A stretch of 64,000 nucleotides of DNA, from assembly GCA_937925735.1 (NCBI GenBank), contig CALAMK010000018.1, positions 48,572 to 112,571 of the forward strand, given 5' to 3'. Origin of the DNA: an uncultured Collinsella sp. GTDB taxonomy: Bacteria; Actinomycetota; Coriobacteriia; Coriobacteriales; Coriobacteriaceae. The notes below the pieces were generated by a model that saw nothing but the letters and a program-made list of their open reading frames with translations, searched no databases and was not told the DNA's origin. Positions 28,663 through 38,189 of this stretch are shown piece after piece; positions within the stretch are counted from its first letter, which is position 1; each line of letters opens with the position of its first letter. Both the position numbers and the translations under genes were made by a program.

Positions 28663-29346
28663 ATGTCCGATTCGAGCGACAGTTCTAAGCCGCGGCCCAA
28701 GACCGCGGCCGTTCCACACTACACGGTGGGCGAGGAGATCATGAACTCCGTCACCCATGGTGTCGGCTGCCTGCTGGGTATCGCGGGTCTGGTGCTCCTG
28801 ATCGTATTCGCCGCCCTGCGCGGCGGAGGCCCGGCCCACATGGCCGCGGCGATTGTCTATGGTGTCAGCATTATCCTCGAATATCTGGCCTCCACGCTCT
28901 ACCACGCGATTCAGCCCGCGCGCGCCAAGCGCGTGTTCCGCATTATCGACCACAGCTGCATCTACCTGCTCATAGCCGGCAGCTATACGCCGTTTTGCCT
29001 CATCACGCTCGCAAACGACGGCGGTCCTGCGCTGTTCTTTGCCGTATGGGCCATCGCCATTAGCGGTATCGCCCTCGAGTGCTTTATGCGCGAGCGTCAA
29101 CCGCACTGGGTAAGTGGCTTGGTCTACCTGCTGATGGGCTGGCTCGTTGTCTTTAAGCTGCCCGAACTTGTGGTGCTGCTCAACCCCGTGGCACTTGCCC
29201 TGCTCGCCGTCGGCGGCGTGTGCTACACCGCGGGCGTGCCGTTCTATATCGCCAAAAACGTACGCTATCTGCACAGCGTGTTTCACCTGTGGGTGCTCGC
29301 CGGCAGCATCTTCCAGTTCATGGCGGTGATCCTCTTCGTAATCTAG
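28663..29346 (+). CDS. hemolysin III / PAQR family membrane protein
   Basis: 7-TM protein with the HlyIII-family pattern (EEIMNSVTHGVGCLLG..., conserved His residues). ATG 28663 with GGAGGA 8 nt upstream is preferred over the ORF-track TTG 28645. Confidence 0.75.
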   Translation: MSDSSDSSKPRPKTAAVPHYTVGEEIMNSVTHGVGCLLGIAGLVLLIVFAALRGGGPAHMAAAIVYGVSIILEYLASTLYHAIQPARAKRVFRIIDHSCIYLLIAGSYTPFCLITLANDGGPALFFAVWAIAISGIALECFMRERQPHWVSGLVYLLMGWLVVFKLPELVVLLNPVALALLAVGGVCYTAGVPFYIAKNVRYLHSVFHLWVLAGSIFQFMAVILFVI

Positions 29347-29456
29347 CGACCACGCCTTCGCGCCCGCGTCCTCGTTTGGGCGCTGGCACAATTGCCGTAT
29401 CCGCCATCAACGTTTTACCCTAACGTCCCGAATCTTGGAGGTTCGAGAAACTCCCG

Positions 29457-30830
29457 ATGGACATAACCATCTCCCTTATCACTACCCTCGTTTTAACCCT
29501 CATCAACGGCTACTTCTCTATGTCCGAGATGGCGCTCACCACGGCAAAGCGCGCTGTGCTGGAGCACGATGCCGAGGAAGGCGACAAACGCGCCGAGCGC
29601 GCCGTCCAGCTCGCCGCAGACTCCGATCAGCTGTTGGCCACCATCCAGGTCGCCATCACGCTCGTGGGCTTTGCCTCGTCCGCCGTCGCCTCGACGAGCC
29701 TGTCCGACCCGCTTGCCACGTGGCTCATGAGCTTTGGCATCGCGCCGCTCTCTGCCATTGCGCGCGGCCTGGCGCCGGTCATCATCACCGTCGCCGTCGC
29801 CTTCGTGTCCATCGTGATTGGCGAGCTCGTGCCCAAGCGCATCGGCCTCGCTAACGCCGAGGGCGTATCCAAGCAGGTCGTGGGACCGCTCTCGGTGTTC
29901 CAAAAGATCGCCCGCCCGCTCGTGTGGCTGACCGGTGCCTGCTCCGACGGCCTGGCCCGCATCCTGCGCATCAAGAGCGCCGACGACCGCCAGAACGTCT
30001 CGGAGGAAGAGATCAAGTACATGGTCTCGGAGCAGGACGATCTGCTCGACGAGGAAAAGCGCATGATCCACGAGATCTTCGACCTGGGAGACACCGTTGC
30101 CCGCGAGGTCATGGTGCCGCGCGTGGACACCACCATGTGCGAGGACGACGAGACGGTCGCCGACGTGCTGTCCGCCATGCGCCAGACCGGCTTTAGCCGC
30201 ATCCCCGTCTATCACGAGGATCCCGACAACGTCGCCGGCATCGCGCACATCAAGGACCTGATCCAGCCTTCGCTCGACGGCAAGGGCGACCAGCCCATCG
30301 CCGACTTTTTGCGCGACGCCACCTTTGTGCCCGACACCAAGGACATCCTGCCGCTGCTGTCCGAGATGCAGACCTCGCACGACCAGATCGTGGTGGTCGT
30401 GGACGAGTACGGCGGCACGGCCGGCATCATCACCATCGAGGACATCGTCGAGGAGATCGTGGGCGAGATCGAGGACGAGTTCGATCCCGACAACAAGTAC
30501 CTCACGCGCCTTTCGCGCCGCGAGTGGCTCGTCGATGGGCGTTTTTCGTGCGATGACGCGATTGAGCTTGGTTGGCCGCTCGAGGAAAGCGATGATTATG
30601 AGACCATCGCCGGCTGGATTTTGGAGCTTTGCGACTCGGTGCCCGACATCGGAGAGGTGTTTGAGGTTGCGGGGTACAAGTTTAAGGTGCAGTCGATGCG
30701 TGGCCAGCGCATCTCGCTCATTCGCGTGATCGCTCCGGCCGAAACCGATAAGAAGGATTCCGAGTCCTCGGCAGATAAGCCGGCGGCGTCGGACGCGGGT
30801 TCTGCGGACCCGCACGATGGCGACGAGTAG
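29457..30830 (+). CDS. HlyC/CorC-family protein (DUF21 TM domain + CBS pair + CorC_HlyC transporter-associated domain); putative Mg/Co efflux or hemolysin-related
   Basis: N-terminal DUF21 (4 TM), central CBS pair, C-terminal CorC_HlyC-like domain and acidic tail. Confidence 0.8.
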   Translation: MDITISLITTLVLTLINGYFSMSEMALTTAKRAVLEHDAEEGDKRAERAVQLAADSDQLLATIQVAITLVGFASSAVASTSLSDPLATWLMSFGIAPLSAIARGLAPVIITVAVAFVSIVIGELVPKRIGLANAEGVSKQVVGPLSVFQKIARPLVWLTGACSDGLARILRIKSADDRQNVSEEEIKYMVSEQDDLLDEEKRMIHEIFDLGDTVAREVMVPRVDTTMCEDDETVADVLSAMRQTGFSRIPVYHEDPDNVAGIAHIKDLIQPSLDGKGDQPIADFLRDATFVPDTKDILPLLSEMQTSHDQIVVVVDEYGGTAGIITIEDIVEEIVGEIEDEFDPDNKYLTRLSRREWLVDGRFSCDDAIELGWPLEESDDYETIAGWILELCDSVPDIGEVFEVAGYKFKVQSMRGQRISLIRVIAPAETDKKDSESSADKPAASDAGSADPHDGDE

Positions 30831-30854
30831 GGCGAGGAAGAGTAGGGGAGAGTT

Positions 30855-31700
30855 ATGGCAGGCCTGTTCAACATCCTTAAGGTCACCGTCAGCGAGGACA
30901 AGATCTGCGCGCATGTGCTGGTGAACCCCGGCATGCCGCTCATGACCTCGGAGGACATCGAGGCTACGGCGCGCGTGTATTACCTGGTGCCCGCGATTGC
31001 CAAGCATCTGTGCCTGGGCGATTCCGGTCACGAATTCCAGGACTGCATGGGCCAGACCGAGCTTTGCCATCTGCTGGAGCACGTGACAGTCGAGCTCATG
31101 AACGAGACCGGTCTCGCTGGCAGCATTTCGTGCGGCCGCACTCGCGTGAGTGAGCACGATGAGCGCGTCTTTGAGGTCGAGCTTTCGTGTCCCGACGACG
31201 CGCTGGCCATCGGCGCGCTGTCTTCGGCGACCTTTATGATGGATTGGGCCTATCTGCATGCCGACCAGCCCGCTCCCGATGTGGACGGTACGGTTGCGGG
31301 TTTGCGCAACCTGGTACTGGGTATGCGTGCCGAGGCCGAGGGCAAGGACCCGCACGAGGCCGTCGCCGCCGCGAACGCCGAGGGCGAGCCTGGGGATGCG
31401 TCCGAGGGCGAGGCGCCTGCCGAGGCTGCCGTCGAGCCTGCCGACGAGGCGTCTGCCGAGGAGGCCGTCGAGCCCGAGCCCGCGGAGCCTCAGGGCGTCC
31501 CGAGCTTTGACGATGAGCCGCAGGAGGTAATCGATACCGAGGGCGCGACCGCTGAGAGCCATGAGGCCCCCGCTGCCGTCTACGGCGGTGCGGCGACGGC
31601 TCCGGTTGCCCCCGCGCACGAGGGAACGCTGCCGCTCGTTGACGGCGCCGGCGAGGACCCGGCCGCCACGGTGGCCATGCCGGCCATGCCGCAGGAGTAG
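30855..31700 (+). CDS. hypothetical protein: Cys/His-containing N-terminal domain with long acidic Ala/Glu/Pro-rich C-terminal tail
   Basis: Good RBS GGGGAGAG. No family recognised from sequence. C-terminal 130 aa low complexity (EAEGKDPHEAVAAANAEGEPGDASEGEAPAEAAVEPADEASAEEAVEPEPAEPQ...). Confidence 0.5.
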   Translation: MAGLFNILKVTVSEDKICAHVLVNPGMPLMTSEDIEATARVYYLVPAIAKHLCLGDSGHEFQDCMGQTELCHLLEHVTVELMNETGLAGSISCGRTRVSEHDERVFEVELSCPDDALAIGALSSATFMMDWAYLHADQPAPDVDGTVAGLRNLVLGMRAEAEGKDPHEAVAAANAEGEPGDASEGEAPAEAAVEPADEASAEEAVEPEPAEPQGVPSFDDEPQEVIDTEGATAESHEAPAAVYGGAATAPVAPAHEGTLPLVDGAGEDPAATVAMPAMPQE

Positions 31701-31830
31701 GCTCACCCGCTTATCACCATCATGTACCTGCGCCTTTACCGTACGCAGATGAGCAAGACGGCAAGCGCTGTGCTGCGGGTATAATGGACAGCATTCAAAC
31801 GGTGGGCGCCGAGGTGCCCGCAGGAGAGGA

Positions 31831-32226
31831 ATGAACATGGGTAAGACTTTCAACTTTATCTCGGGTGCGCTCTTCGGTGCTGCCGCCGGCGCCATCATCG
31901 GCGTCGCCCTGGCTCCGCGCTCGGGCGCCGAGACCCGCGCCATGGCTGCCGATATCGCCAACGACGCCTGGGATAACATGCGCGACACCTACGAGCACGG
32001 TGCCGAGGAGGCCCGCGCCGCGGTCAACGATTTTGGCCCGATGGTCGACGCCAAGACCGATGACCTGCGTGCCAAGGTTGACCTTGCCCGCGAGCGCATG
32101 GACCAGCTGCGCGAGCAACTCAACGACGCCATCTCGGGCGGTAACGTGACGCCCGCCGCCGATGTCGTGGTCGAGAACGCCGTCGAGGCCGACGCTGAGG
32201 CCGCGGAGCCTTCGACCGAGGCATAA
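31831..32226 (+). CDS. YtxH-like small membrane-associated protein
   Basis: N-terminal FNFISGALFGAAAGAIIGVALAPRSGAETR followed by coiled-coil. TATAAT at ~31783 upstream. Confidence 0.65.
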   Translation: MNMGKTFNFISGALFGAAAGAIIGVALAPRSGAETRAMAADIANDAWDNMRDTYEHGAEEARAAVNDFGPMVDAKTDDLRAKVDLARERMDQLREQLNDAISGGNVTPAADVVVENAVEADAEAAEPSTEA

Positions 32227-32981
32227 TGCGCGCCGGGGATTTTGTCGGCGCCAAGATCTATCGCAAGCCTACCGAGGATAAGCGCACCAAAAAAGACGGC
32301 ACGCCGCGCAGCCCTAAAAAGCTCGGCAAGATTCACTTTCCGGTCTTTACCCCGGGCGGTACGCGCGTGGTGGGCTTTATGGTCCGCCTGTCCGATATCG
32401 CGGGTATGATCGAGCGCCCCGACCGATTTGTGGCGCTCGATGCCATTGGCGTCTACGAGGGCGCCATCGCGGTTGATGACGTCAAGGGCACCTACGATGC
32501 CGCTGCGGCCAAGCGCCTCGACATCAACCTGGACGATTGCATTATCTGGGTTGGCATGGACGTGCGCACGGAGTCGGGCGATGTCGTGGGCTATTGTTCG
32601 GATGTGGAGTTCAAGCCGCGTTCGGGCATCGTGCAGACGTTCTATGTGACCACTGGCACTGCCTCGAGTGTGCTGGTGGGCGACACGCAGATGCCGCCCA
32701 CGATGCTGCGCGGCTATGCGGACGGCGCGATGATCGTTTCGGACGAAGTCAAGTCGCTCGGGTATTCGGGCGGTGCCGCTGCAAAGGCTGCCGAGGCAAG
32801 CGTCGTGGTGGGCGATAAGGTCAAGAAGGGCGCCAAGGTGCTCGATGACAAGGGTTCGGTCGCCGTGGACAAGGGCAGTCGCGCGCTGGGCAAGCAGCTC
32901 GGCAAGACGCGCGGTATGTTCAAGGCCTTTAAGGACGAATATCAAAAGGCGAGCGGGAGCTCGTCAAAAGCTAGCAAATAG
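32226..32981 (+). CDS. tandem PRC-barrel-like domain protein
   Basis: Two segments with PRC-barrel character (GAKIYRKPTED...LGKIHFPVFTPGGTRVVGFMV and DVVGYCSDVEFKPRSGIVQTFYVTTG); Lys-rich C-terminus. Start overlaps the ytxH stop. Confidence 0.45.
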   Translation: MRAGDFVGAKIYRKPTEDKRTKKDGTPRSPKKLGKIHFPVFTPGGTRVVGFMVRLSDIAGMIERPDRFVALDAIGVYEGAIAVDDVKGTYDAAAAKRLDINLDDCIIWVGMDVRTESGDVVGYCSDVEFKPRSGIVQTFYVTTGTASSVLVGDTQMPPTMLRGYADGAMIVSDEVKSLGYSGGAAAKAAEASVVVGDKVKKGAKVLDDKGSVAVDKGSRALGKQLGKTRGMFKAFKDEYQKASGSSSKASK

Positions 32982-33053
32982 CGACGTACCAATTGATGGG
33001 AGGCAAGCCGGAGACCTGTTGCTCCGGCTTGCTGCGTTTATGGGGGAGGGCAC

Positions 33054-34460
33054 ATGCGCCAAAACGGATCTAACTTAAACGGGCGCTCGGGTGCGCGTCC
33101 GACGGCGCGCCGCGACCTGGGGCAGCTGCCCAGCGGTCAGCGCAAGCGTCACCGTAAGCCCGGCGCGATGTATCTCAACCATAGCCGCGGCTTTAGCGAC
33201 CGCAGCGCTCGCATCGGAAACAGCCGCACGCCCCGTCGTCCGTCTCGCCTGCCCTATGCGCTCATTGCCGTGGGCTGCGCACTCGTGCTGTTTATCGCCG
33301 CCATCGTGGGCTACGTCAACCGCAGCGTGGATGTCGTCCTCAACGGCCAGGAGATTGCGGTGCGCGTCGGCTCTACGCTGCAAAATCTCATCGACGACCA
33401 GGAGCTGACCGATACCTACGACGCCGGGGACTTGCTGGCCGTTGACGACAGCGTGCTTACTCGCCATGGCGGCGAAAAGCTGTCGGTAAAAGTGGACGGC
33501 AAGCGCATAAAACAGGGCAAGTGGAAAAGCCGCGAGCTTACGGGCGGCGAGAAGGTGACGGTCAAAGACGGCCGCGACACGTATGAGAAGCATGAGGTCC
33601 AGGCGACGGTTATCGAGCCCAAGCTCAAGGTCGAGGGCACGGGTGCTATCGAGTACGTCAAGACGTGGGGCATCCAAGGTCGCTCCGAGGTGTGGGTCGG
33701 CGAGCAGTCGGGTAAGACGCAGGACCGCGGCGAGGTCGTGCCCGCCACCGATTGCGTGGTCGAGTGCGCGAGCGTGGCGCCCAAGGGCAACGAAAAGTAC
33801 GTGGCGCTGACGTTTGATGAGGGCCCGAGCGGAGCGACCAAGCAGATCTTGCAGGTGCTCAAGGAAAAGGGCGTCACCGCGACGTTCTTCCTGTCGGGCG
33901 ATGCGGCCGAGGCCTCGCCCTCCACGGCCAAGGCGATTGTCGATGCCGGCTGCGAGGTCGGCTCCAACAGTTACAGCGACGAATCGCTCAAGGGCCAGGA
34001 CCGCGATGCGGTGCGCGAGCAGGTTTCGAAGGGCACCGAGGCGATCAAGTCCGCGACCGGCGTGAAGACGATGCTTTTGCGTGCTCCCTACGCAGCCTTT
34101 GACGAGCAAAACTGGATTGATGCGATGGACCTGGTGTCTGCCGTGGTCTCGTGGAATATCGATTCGGGCGACTGGCTGCTCAACGGTGCCGACGAGCAGG
34201 TCTCGACGGTGCTCGATTCGGTGACGCCGGGCAACATTGTGTTGCTGACCGATAACGATGAATGCGCCGAGCAGACGCTCGAGGCGCTGCCGCAGATTAT
34301 CGACGGGCTTATTGCCGACGGCTACAAAATCGTGACATTGAGCGATCTGGTCAAGACGGATACATCGCTGAGCAAAAAGCTCACCTCGCTGACGAAGGCC
34401 GCCATGCCCAAAAACGCCGTGTTCCCCCAGCTCGCCGAAGATGACGACACCACAGACTAG
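33054..34460 (+). CDS. polysaccharide deacetylase (NodB-homology) family protein with N-terminal TM anchor
   Basis: NodB motifs TFDEGP, Asp/His metal ligands, RAPYAAFDE, LLTDNDE. TM IAVGCALVLFIAAIVG near N-terminus. Exact start uncertain (alternative MYLNHSRGF at ~33168). Confidence 0.75.
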   Translation: MRQNGSNLNGRSGARPTARRDLGQLPSGQRKRHRKPGAMYLNHSRGFSDRSARIGNSRTPRRPSRLPYALIAVGCALVLFIAAIVGYVNRSVDVVLNGQEIAVRVGSTLQNLIDDQELTDTYDAGDLLAVDDSVLTRHGGEKLSVKVDGKRIKQGKWKSRELTGGEKVTVKDGRDTYEKHEVQATVIEPKLKVEGTGAIEYVKTWGIQGRSEVWVGEQSGKTQDRGEVVPATDCVVECASVAPKGNEKYVALTFDEGPSGATKQILQVLKEKGVTATFFLSGDAAEASPSTAKAIVDAGCEVGSNSYSDESLKGQDRDAVREQVSKGTEAIKSATGVKTMLLRAPYAAFDEQNWIDAMDLVSAVVSWNIDSGDWLLNGADEQVSTVLDSVTPGNIVLLTDNDECAEQTLEALPQIIDGLIADGYKIVTLSDLVKTDTSLSKKLTSLTKAAMPKNAVFPQLAEDDDTTD

Positions 34461-34487
34461 TCATGTGAGAACGTCCCCAATGACTAT
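34457..34487. repeat. small REP-like hairpin (copy 3), stem includes the TAG stop of the deacetylase gene
   Basis: cTAGTCAT-gtgagaacgtcccca-ATGACTAt. Confidence 0.7.
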
Positions 34488-34780
34488 GTCACGGTTGCGT
34501 CAGCGTTTGGTATGCCTGCGATGTTTGGAGCATAAATTTGGCGCCACGGCGCGATGCTGATGCTATAGTTACTGCGGATAACAAGGGTCAAGAGAAAGGT
34601 TGCAGGTGAAATCCAAACCTCGACCATACAGTCGATGACCCCATGCAGGTGCTTCTTGCGCATGTACGGGGTGTGAGCGCCGAGCGGCGTGCCGCCCGCG
34701 CATGCGTATACATATCTAAAAGTCCACGGACGGCGTGCCGGCATGGCCGCAGTTCGAAGGGATAATGATGGGGAGCACCA

Positions 34781-36625
34781 GTGAATTATCTGAGTGAGAT
34801 GCTCAAACTGCCGGTCTTGGACGTCGATGGCGAAAAGCTCGGCGTTGTGAATGATTTTGGCATTGCTACCGGCGAAGTTTTTCCGCACGTGACGTCGCTC
34901 GCGTTCCGCGGACCCGGCAAGACGCCGTTTATGATCAGCTGGCGCAAATGGGTCGACCGTATCGACGAGACGGGCGTACACCTTAAGTCGCCGGCCACCG
35001 AAATCCGTTTTTCGTACCTGCAGCCGACCGAACTTTTGCTCGCGCGCGACGTGCTCAACAAGCAGATTGTCGACACGCAGGGCATGAAGGTCGTGCGCGT
35101 CAACGACATCAAGTTTTCCATGTCGGGCGAAAATCAGCTGCGTCTGCTGGGTGCCGAAGTTGGCGCCCGTGGTCTGCTGCGCGCGATCAGCCCCGCCCTC
35201 GAGCATGTCGTCGAGAGCTTTATGAAGCACCTGGGCAAACCGCTCGGCGAGGACATCATCGCCTGGTCCTACATGGACCTGCTCGACCGTTCGACTAAGA
35301 ACATCCAGCTTTCGGTGTCGCACAAGACGCTCGGCGAGCTGCACCCTGCTGACATCGCCGACATTATCGAACAGCTCGACCCGCGCCTGCGTGCGCAGGT
35401 GTTCGCGCAGCTCGATACCGCCCAGGCCGCCGAGGCCATCTCGGAGTTCGATGACGACGAGCTTATGACCGAGATGCTCGAAGGCTTGTCCGATACGGAC
35501 GCATCGTCGATGCTGGCCATGATGGACCCGGATGACGCCGCCGACCTGATCGACGAGCTCGATTACGAGAAGGCCGAGAAGCTGTTGCGCCTGATGGGCG
35601 TTCAGGAAGAGAAGGCGATTCGTAACCTGCTGGGCTATGAGGACAACACCGCCGGCCGCATCATGACCTCGGAGTTTGTCTCCCTGCCCGCCACAGCGAC
35701 GGTCGGTGACGCCATCGAGGCGATCCGCCAGCTCGATGAGGACTTCGAGAGCGTCTACTACGTCTATACCGAGGACCCGAGCGGCATGCTCACCGGCGTG
35801 CTTTCGCTGCGCACGCTGATCGTGGCCGACCGCGACGCCACGCTGGGCCAGCTGGCCTATCGCGACCTGGTTTATGTATCGCCCGACGATGACCAGGAAG
35901 ACGTAACGGACGAGATGACCAAGTACGACCTGGTCGCCATCCCCGTTTGCGACGAGAACCGTCACATCTTGGGTATCGTGACCTTTGATGACGCCATGGA
36001 CGTTATCGCCGAGGAGCACCAGGAGGACCTGCAGATCGCAGGCGTCGGCTCGGGCGATAGCGCGTCCGACGACTCGACGAATGTGCTCAGCTGGTTTGTG
36101 CATCGCCAGTACTGGGTTGTCGTGTGGGGCATTGCCTCGTGCATCATGGCAACAGTGCTGGGGACGGCGCTGGGCTCCGCGCATCTGGTGGTGTTTCCCA
36201 TGTGCGCCATGCCGCTCGTGTTGCTGGCTGCCTCGCGTATGGTGTCGTTCGTCAAGAACTATTTCCTGGAGTACGACGGCCATGACGATGAGCCCAAGCC
36301 GTATTTGGGATTTTTCTTCCAGAGCACGGGCATGGGCCTGATTCTGTCGCTCGTGACCTACCTGTGCGCCCAGCTGGTGCGCACCGCAGCATTCCTCGAC
36401 GCGCCCATGTTTGAGGAGCAGCTCTTTACCGGCTGCTTTAACATCGCGGCCATCGTCTGCCTGATTGGCAACATGAGCGCCGTGATTTACCTGATGGTGT
36501 TGTTCTGGCGTGACGAGCACGACCTCAATACGTCGGGCACCGCCATGAACGTCATTGCCGTCATGATTTCATGCGTGGCGTACTGCATCGCTGCAGTGCT
36601 GCTCACCATGTCGGTCATGGGGTAG
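34781..36625 (+). CDS. MgtE-like divalent-cation transporter: N-terminal PRC-barrel pair + MgtE_N + CBS pair + C-terminal TM domain
   Basis: GTG 34781. Two PRC-barrel-like N-terminal segments (LPVLDVDGEKLGVVNDFGIATGEV; IVDTQGMKVVRVNDIKF). Acidic MgtE_N-like region, CBS pair, ~170-aa C-terminal 5-TM bundle. TM domain is divergent from canonical MgtE. Confidence 0.55.
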   Translation: MNYLSEMLKLPVLDVDGEKLGVVNDFGIATGEVFPHVTSLAFRGPGKTPFMISWRKWVDRIDETGVHLKSPATEIRFSYLQPTELLLARDVLNKQIVDTQGMKVVRVNDIKFSMSGENQLRLLGAEVGARGLLRAISPALEHVVESFMKHLGKPLGEDIIAWSYMDLLDRSTKNIQLSVSHKTLGELHPADIADIIEQLDPRLRAQVFAQLDTAQAAEAISEFDDDELMTEMLEGLSDTDASSMLAMMDPDDAADLIDELDYEKAEKLLRLMGVQEEKAIRNLLGYEDNTAGRIMTSEFVSLPATATVGDAIEAIRQLDEDFESVYYVYTEDPSGMLTGVLSLRTLIVADRDATLGQLAYRDLVYVSPDDDQEDVTDEMTKYDLVAIPVCDENRHILGIVTFDDAMDVIAEEHQEDLQIAGVGSGDSASDDSTNVLSWFVHRQYWVVVWGIASCIMATVLGTALGSAHLVVFPMCAMPLVLLAASRMVSFVKNYFLEYDGHDDEPKPYLGFFFQSTGMGLILSLVTYLCAQLVRTAAFLDAPMFEEQLFTGCFNIAAIVCLIGNMSAVIYLMVLFWRDEHDLNTSGTAMNVIAVMISCVAYCIAAVLLTMSVMG

Positions 36626-36633
36626 GTGGTCGC

Positions 36634-37896
36634 GTGCAAAACACGAAACAAAAGGCGAGCACCAAGCAAAAGCTGACCATCGCGGCCATCTTTGGCGCCA
36701 TGGGTCCTGGCCTTTTGGCGGCGCTTTCGGGCAATGACGCCGGCGGCATCGCCACGTATTCCAGTGCCGGTGCCAGCTATGGCTACAAGATGCTGTGGAT
36801 GCTTCCCGTCATGACCGTGCTGCTCATCGTGACACAGGAGACTGCGGCGCGTTGCGGCTGCGTCACAGGCAAGGGCCTGGCGTCGCTCATCCGCGAGCGC
36901 TTTGGCGTGCGCAGGAGCGTGCTGGCCATGGCGGCGCTGCTGATCGCCAATACGGCCGTGACCATTTCGGAGTTTGCGGGTATCGCGAGCGGTCTTGCCC
37001 TCTTCGGCGTGCCGGCGAGCATCTCGGTGCCGCTGGTGGCACTGCTGGTTTGGATGCTTACCATGTCGGGCAGCTTCCAGCGCATCGAGAAGATTCTGCT
37101 GCTGGTGAGTTGCGTGTTTGTGACCTACATTGTCGCTGCATTTATGGCTGGTCCCAGCTGGGGCGATGTGGCGGTCGACCTGGTTGTGCCCAACATCCAA
37201 AACGACCCCAGTTACGTGTCGCTTGTGGTCGCAACGATCGGTACCACCATCGCACCGTGGATGATCTTCTTGGCGCAGAACAACGTGGTCGATAAGAATG
37301 CGGGCGAGGACGATATCGTGCTGCAGCGTATCGACACCGTGAGCGGCTCGATTGCCGCCGATGTCATTGCCGGCTTTATTATCATCACGACCGGTACGGT
37401 ATTGTTCCCCGCGGGCATTCAGATTAGCGATGCTGCCGACGCCGCTCGCGCGCTGGAGCCCATCGCGGGCCAGTGGTCTACGGTGCTGTTCGCCTCGGGC
37501 CTGGTCGCGGCGAGCTTCTTGGCCGCCTGTGTGCTGCCGGGTGTTACGTCGAGTGCTATCTGCGAGGCATTTGGCTGGGAGCGCGGTGCCGATCGCAGCT
37601 GGGACGAGGCCCCGGTCTATCGCGGCATTATTACGGCCATCATTGGCATCTCTGCCATGCTGGTGCTCATGCCCGGCGTCGACCTGTTCCAGATTATGAT
37701 GACCTCGCAGGTCATCAACGGCGTGCTGTTGCCCGTGGTTTTGGTGTTCCAGGTGGTTATTGCCGCCGATCGACACATTATGGGCGCCAACCGCAACGGC
37801 CGCGTGTGGAATGTGCTCACGTGGGCGACTATCGGTGTGATTACGGTGCTGACGGTCGTCATGTTTGTGCTGCAAGCGATGGGTTACAGCGCGTAG
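36634..37896 (+). CDS. mntH: NRAMP-family divalent metal (Mn2+/Fe2+) transporter
   Basis: GPGLLAALSGNDAGGIATYSSAGASYGYKMLWMLPV matches the Nramp DPGN-motif region; 11-12 TM. GTG start ~36634, 9 nt after the mgtE-like stop. Confidence 0.75.
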   Translation: MQNTKQKASTKQKLTIAAIFGAMGPGLLAALSGNDAGGIATYSSAGASYGYKMLWMLPVMTVLLIVTQETAARCGCVTGKGLASLIRERFGVRRSVLAMAALLIANTAVTISEFAGIASGLALFGVPASISVPLVALLVWMLTMSGSFQRIEKILLLVSCVFVTYIVAAFMAGPSWGDVAVDLVVPNIQNDPSYVSLVVATIGTTIAPWMIFLAQNNVVDKNAGEDDIVLQRIDTVSGSIAADVIAGFIIITTGTVLFPAGIQISDAADAARALEPIAGQWSTVLFASGLVAASFLAACVLPGVTSSAICEAFGWERGADRSWDEAPVYRGIITAIIGISAMLVLMPGVDLFQIMMTSQVINGVLLPVVLVFQVVIAADRHIMGANRNGRVWNVLTWATIGVITVLTVVMFVLQAMGYSA

Positions 37897-37916
37897 CGCC
37901 TCTTTTGGACTCTAAA

Positions 37917-37950
37917 CAGGTCGCCGCCATGGGCTGCGGCCTGTTTTTTT
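37917..37950 (+). terminator. rho-independent terminator after mntH
   Basis: Imperfect CAGGTCGCCGCC...GGCTGCGGCCTG hairpin followed by TTTTTTT. Confidence 0.6.
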
Positions 37951-38084
37951 GCCCGCAGCCTCTTGGGGCCGGCTCAAAAAGAGCAATCTTGGGGTGGTTG
38001 CTGCGGGTGAGGGGCATGGAAACGACGCTCGGGGTGGCGCGGAGCCCAGAATTCGGCCGCGGGGAGGGGCATTCATCGGTCGCG

Positions 38085-38167
38085 TCAGGAGTGTCCCTGG
38101 GTGCCGGCACATAAGGAGCGTCCCTAACTGCCGGAGGGGGCGTCGGTTGTGGCCGACGCCCCCTCCG
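38085..38167. repeat. composite hairpin region: two GAGYGTCCCT loop-motif copies (related to the stop-codon hairpin family) plus a 15-bp perfect GC hairpin
   Basis: aggagtgtccctgg and ataaggagcgtccctaactg share the loop consensus with the 22432/25942/34457 elements but sit in a different stem (GCCGGCA / TGCCGG). Followed by CGGAGGGGGCGTCGG-ttgtgg-CCGACGCCCCCTCCG. Confidence 0.6.
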
Positions 38168-38189
38168 GGTGCAAGCGGATTTGACTGTG

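Noticed and set aside
26015-36520. Large antisense ORFs 26015-27277(-), 29493-31988(-, 831 aa), 33075-34109(-), 34484-36520(-, 678 aa) and 36487-37875(-)
   Set aside because: Each is opposite a plus-strand gene with clear family motifs (DUF362/ferredoxin, CorC, NodB deacetylase, MgtE-like, Nramp) and has Arg/Gly/His-rich composition typical of high-GC antisense frames.
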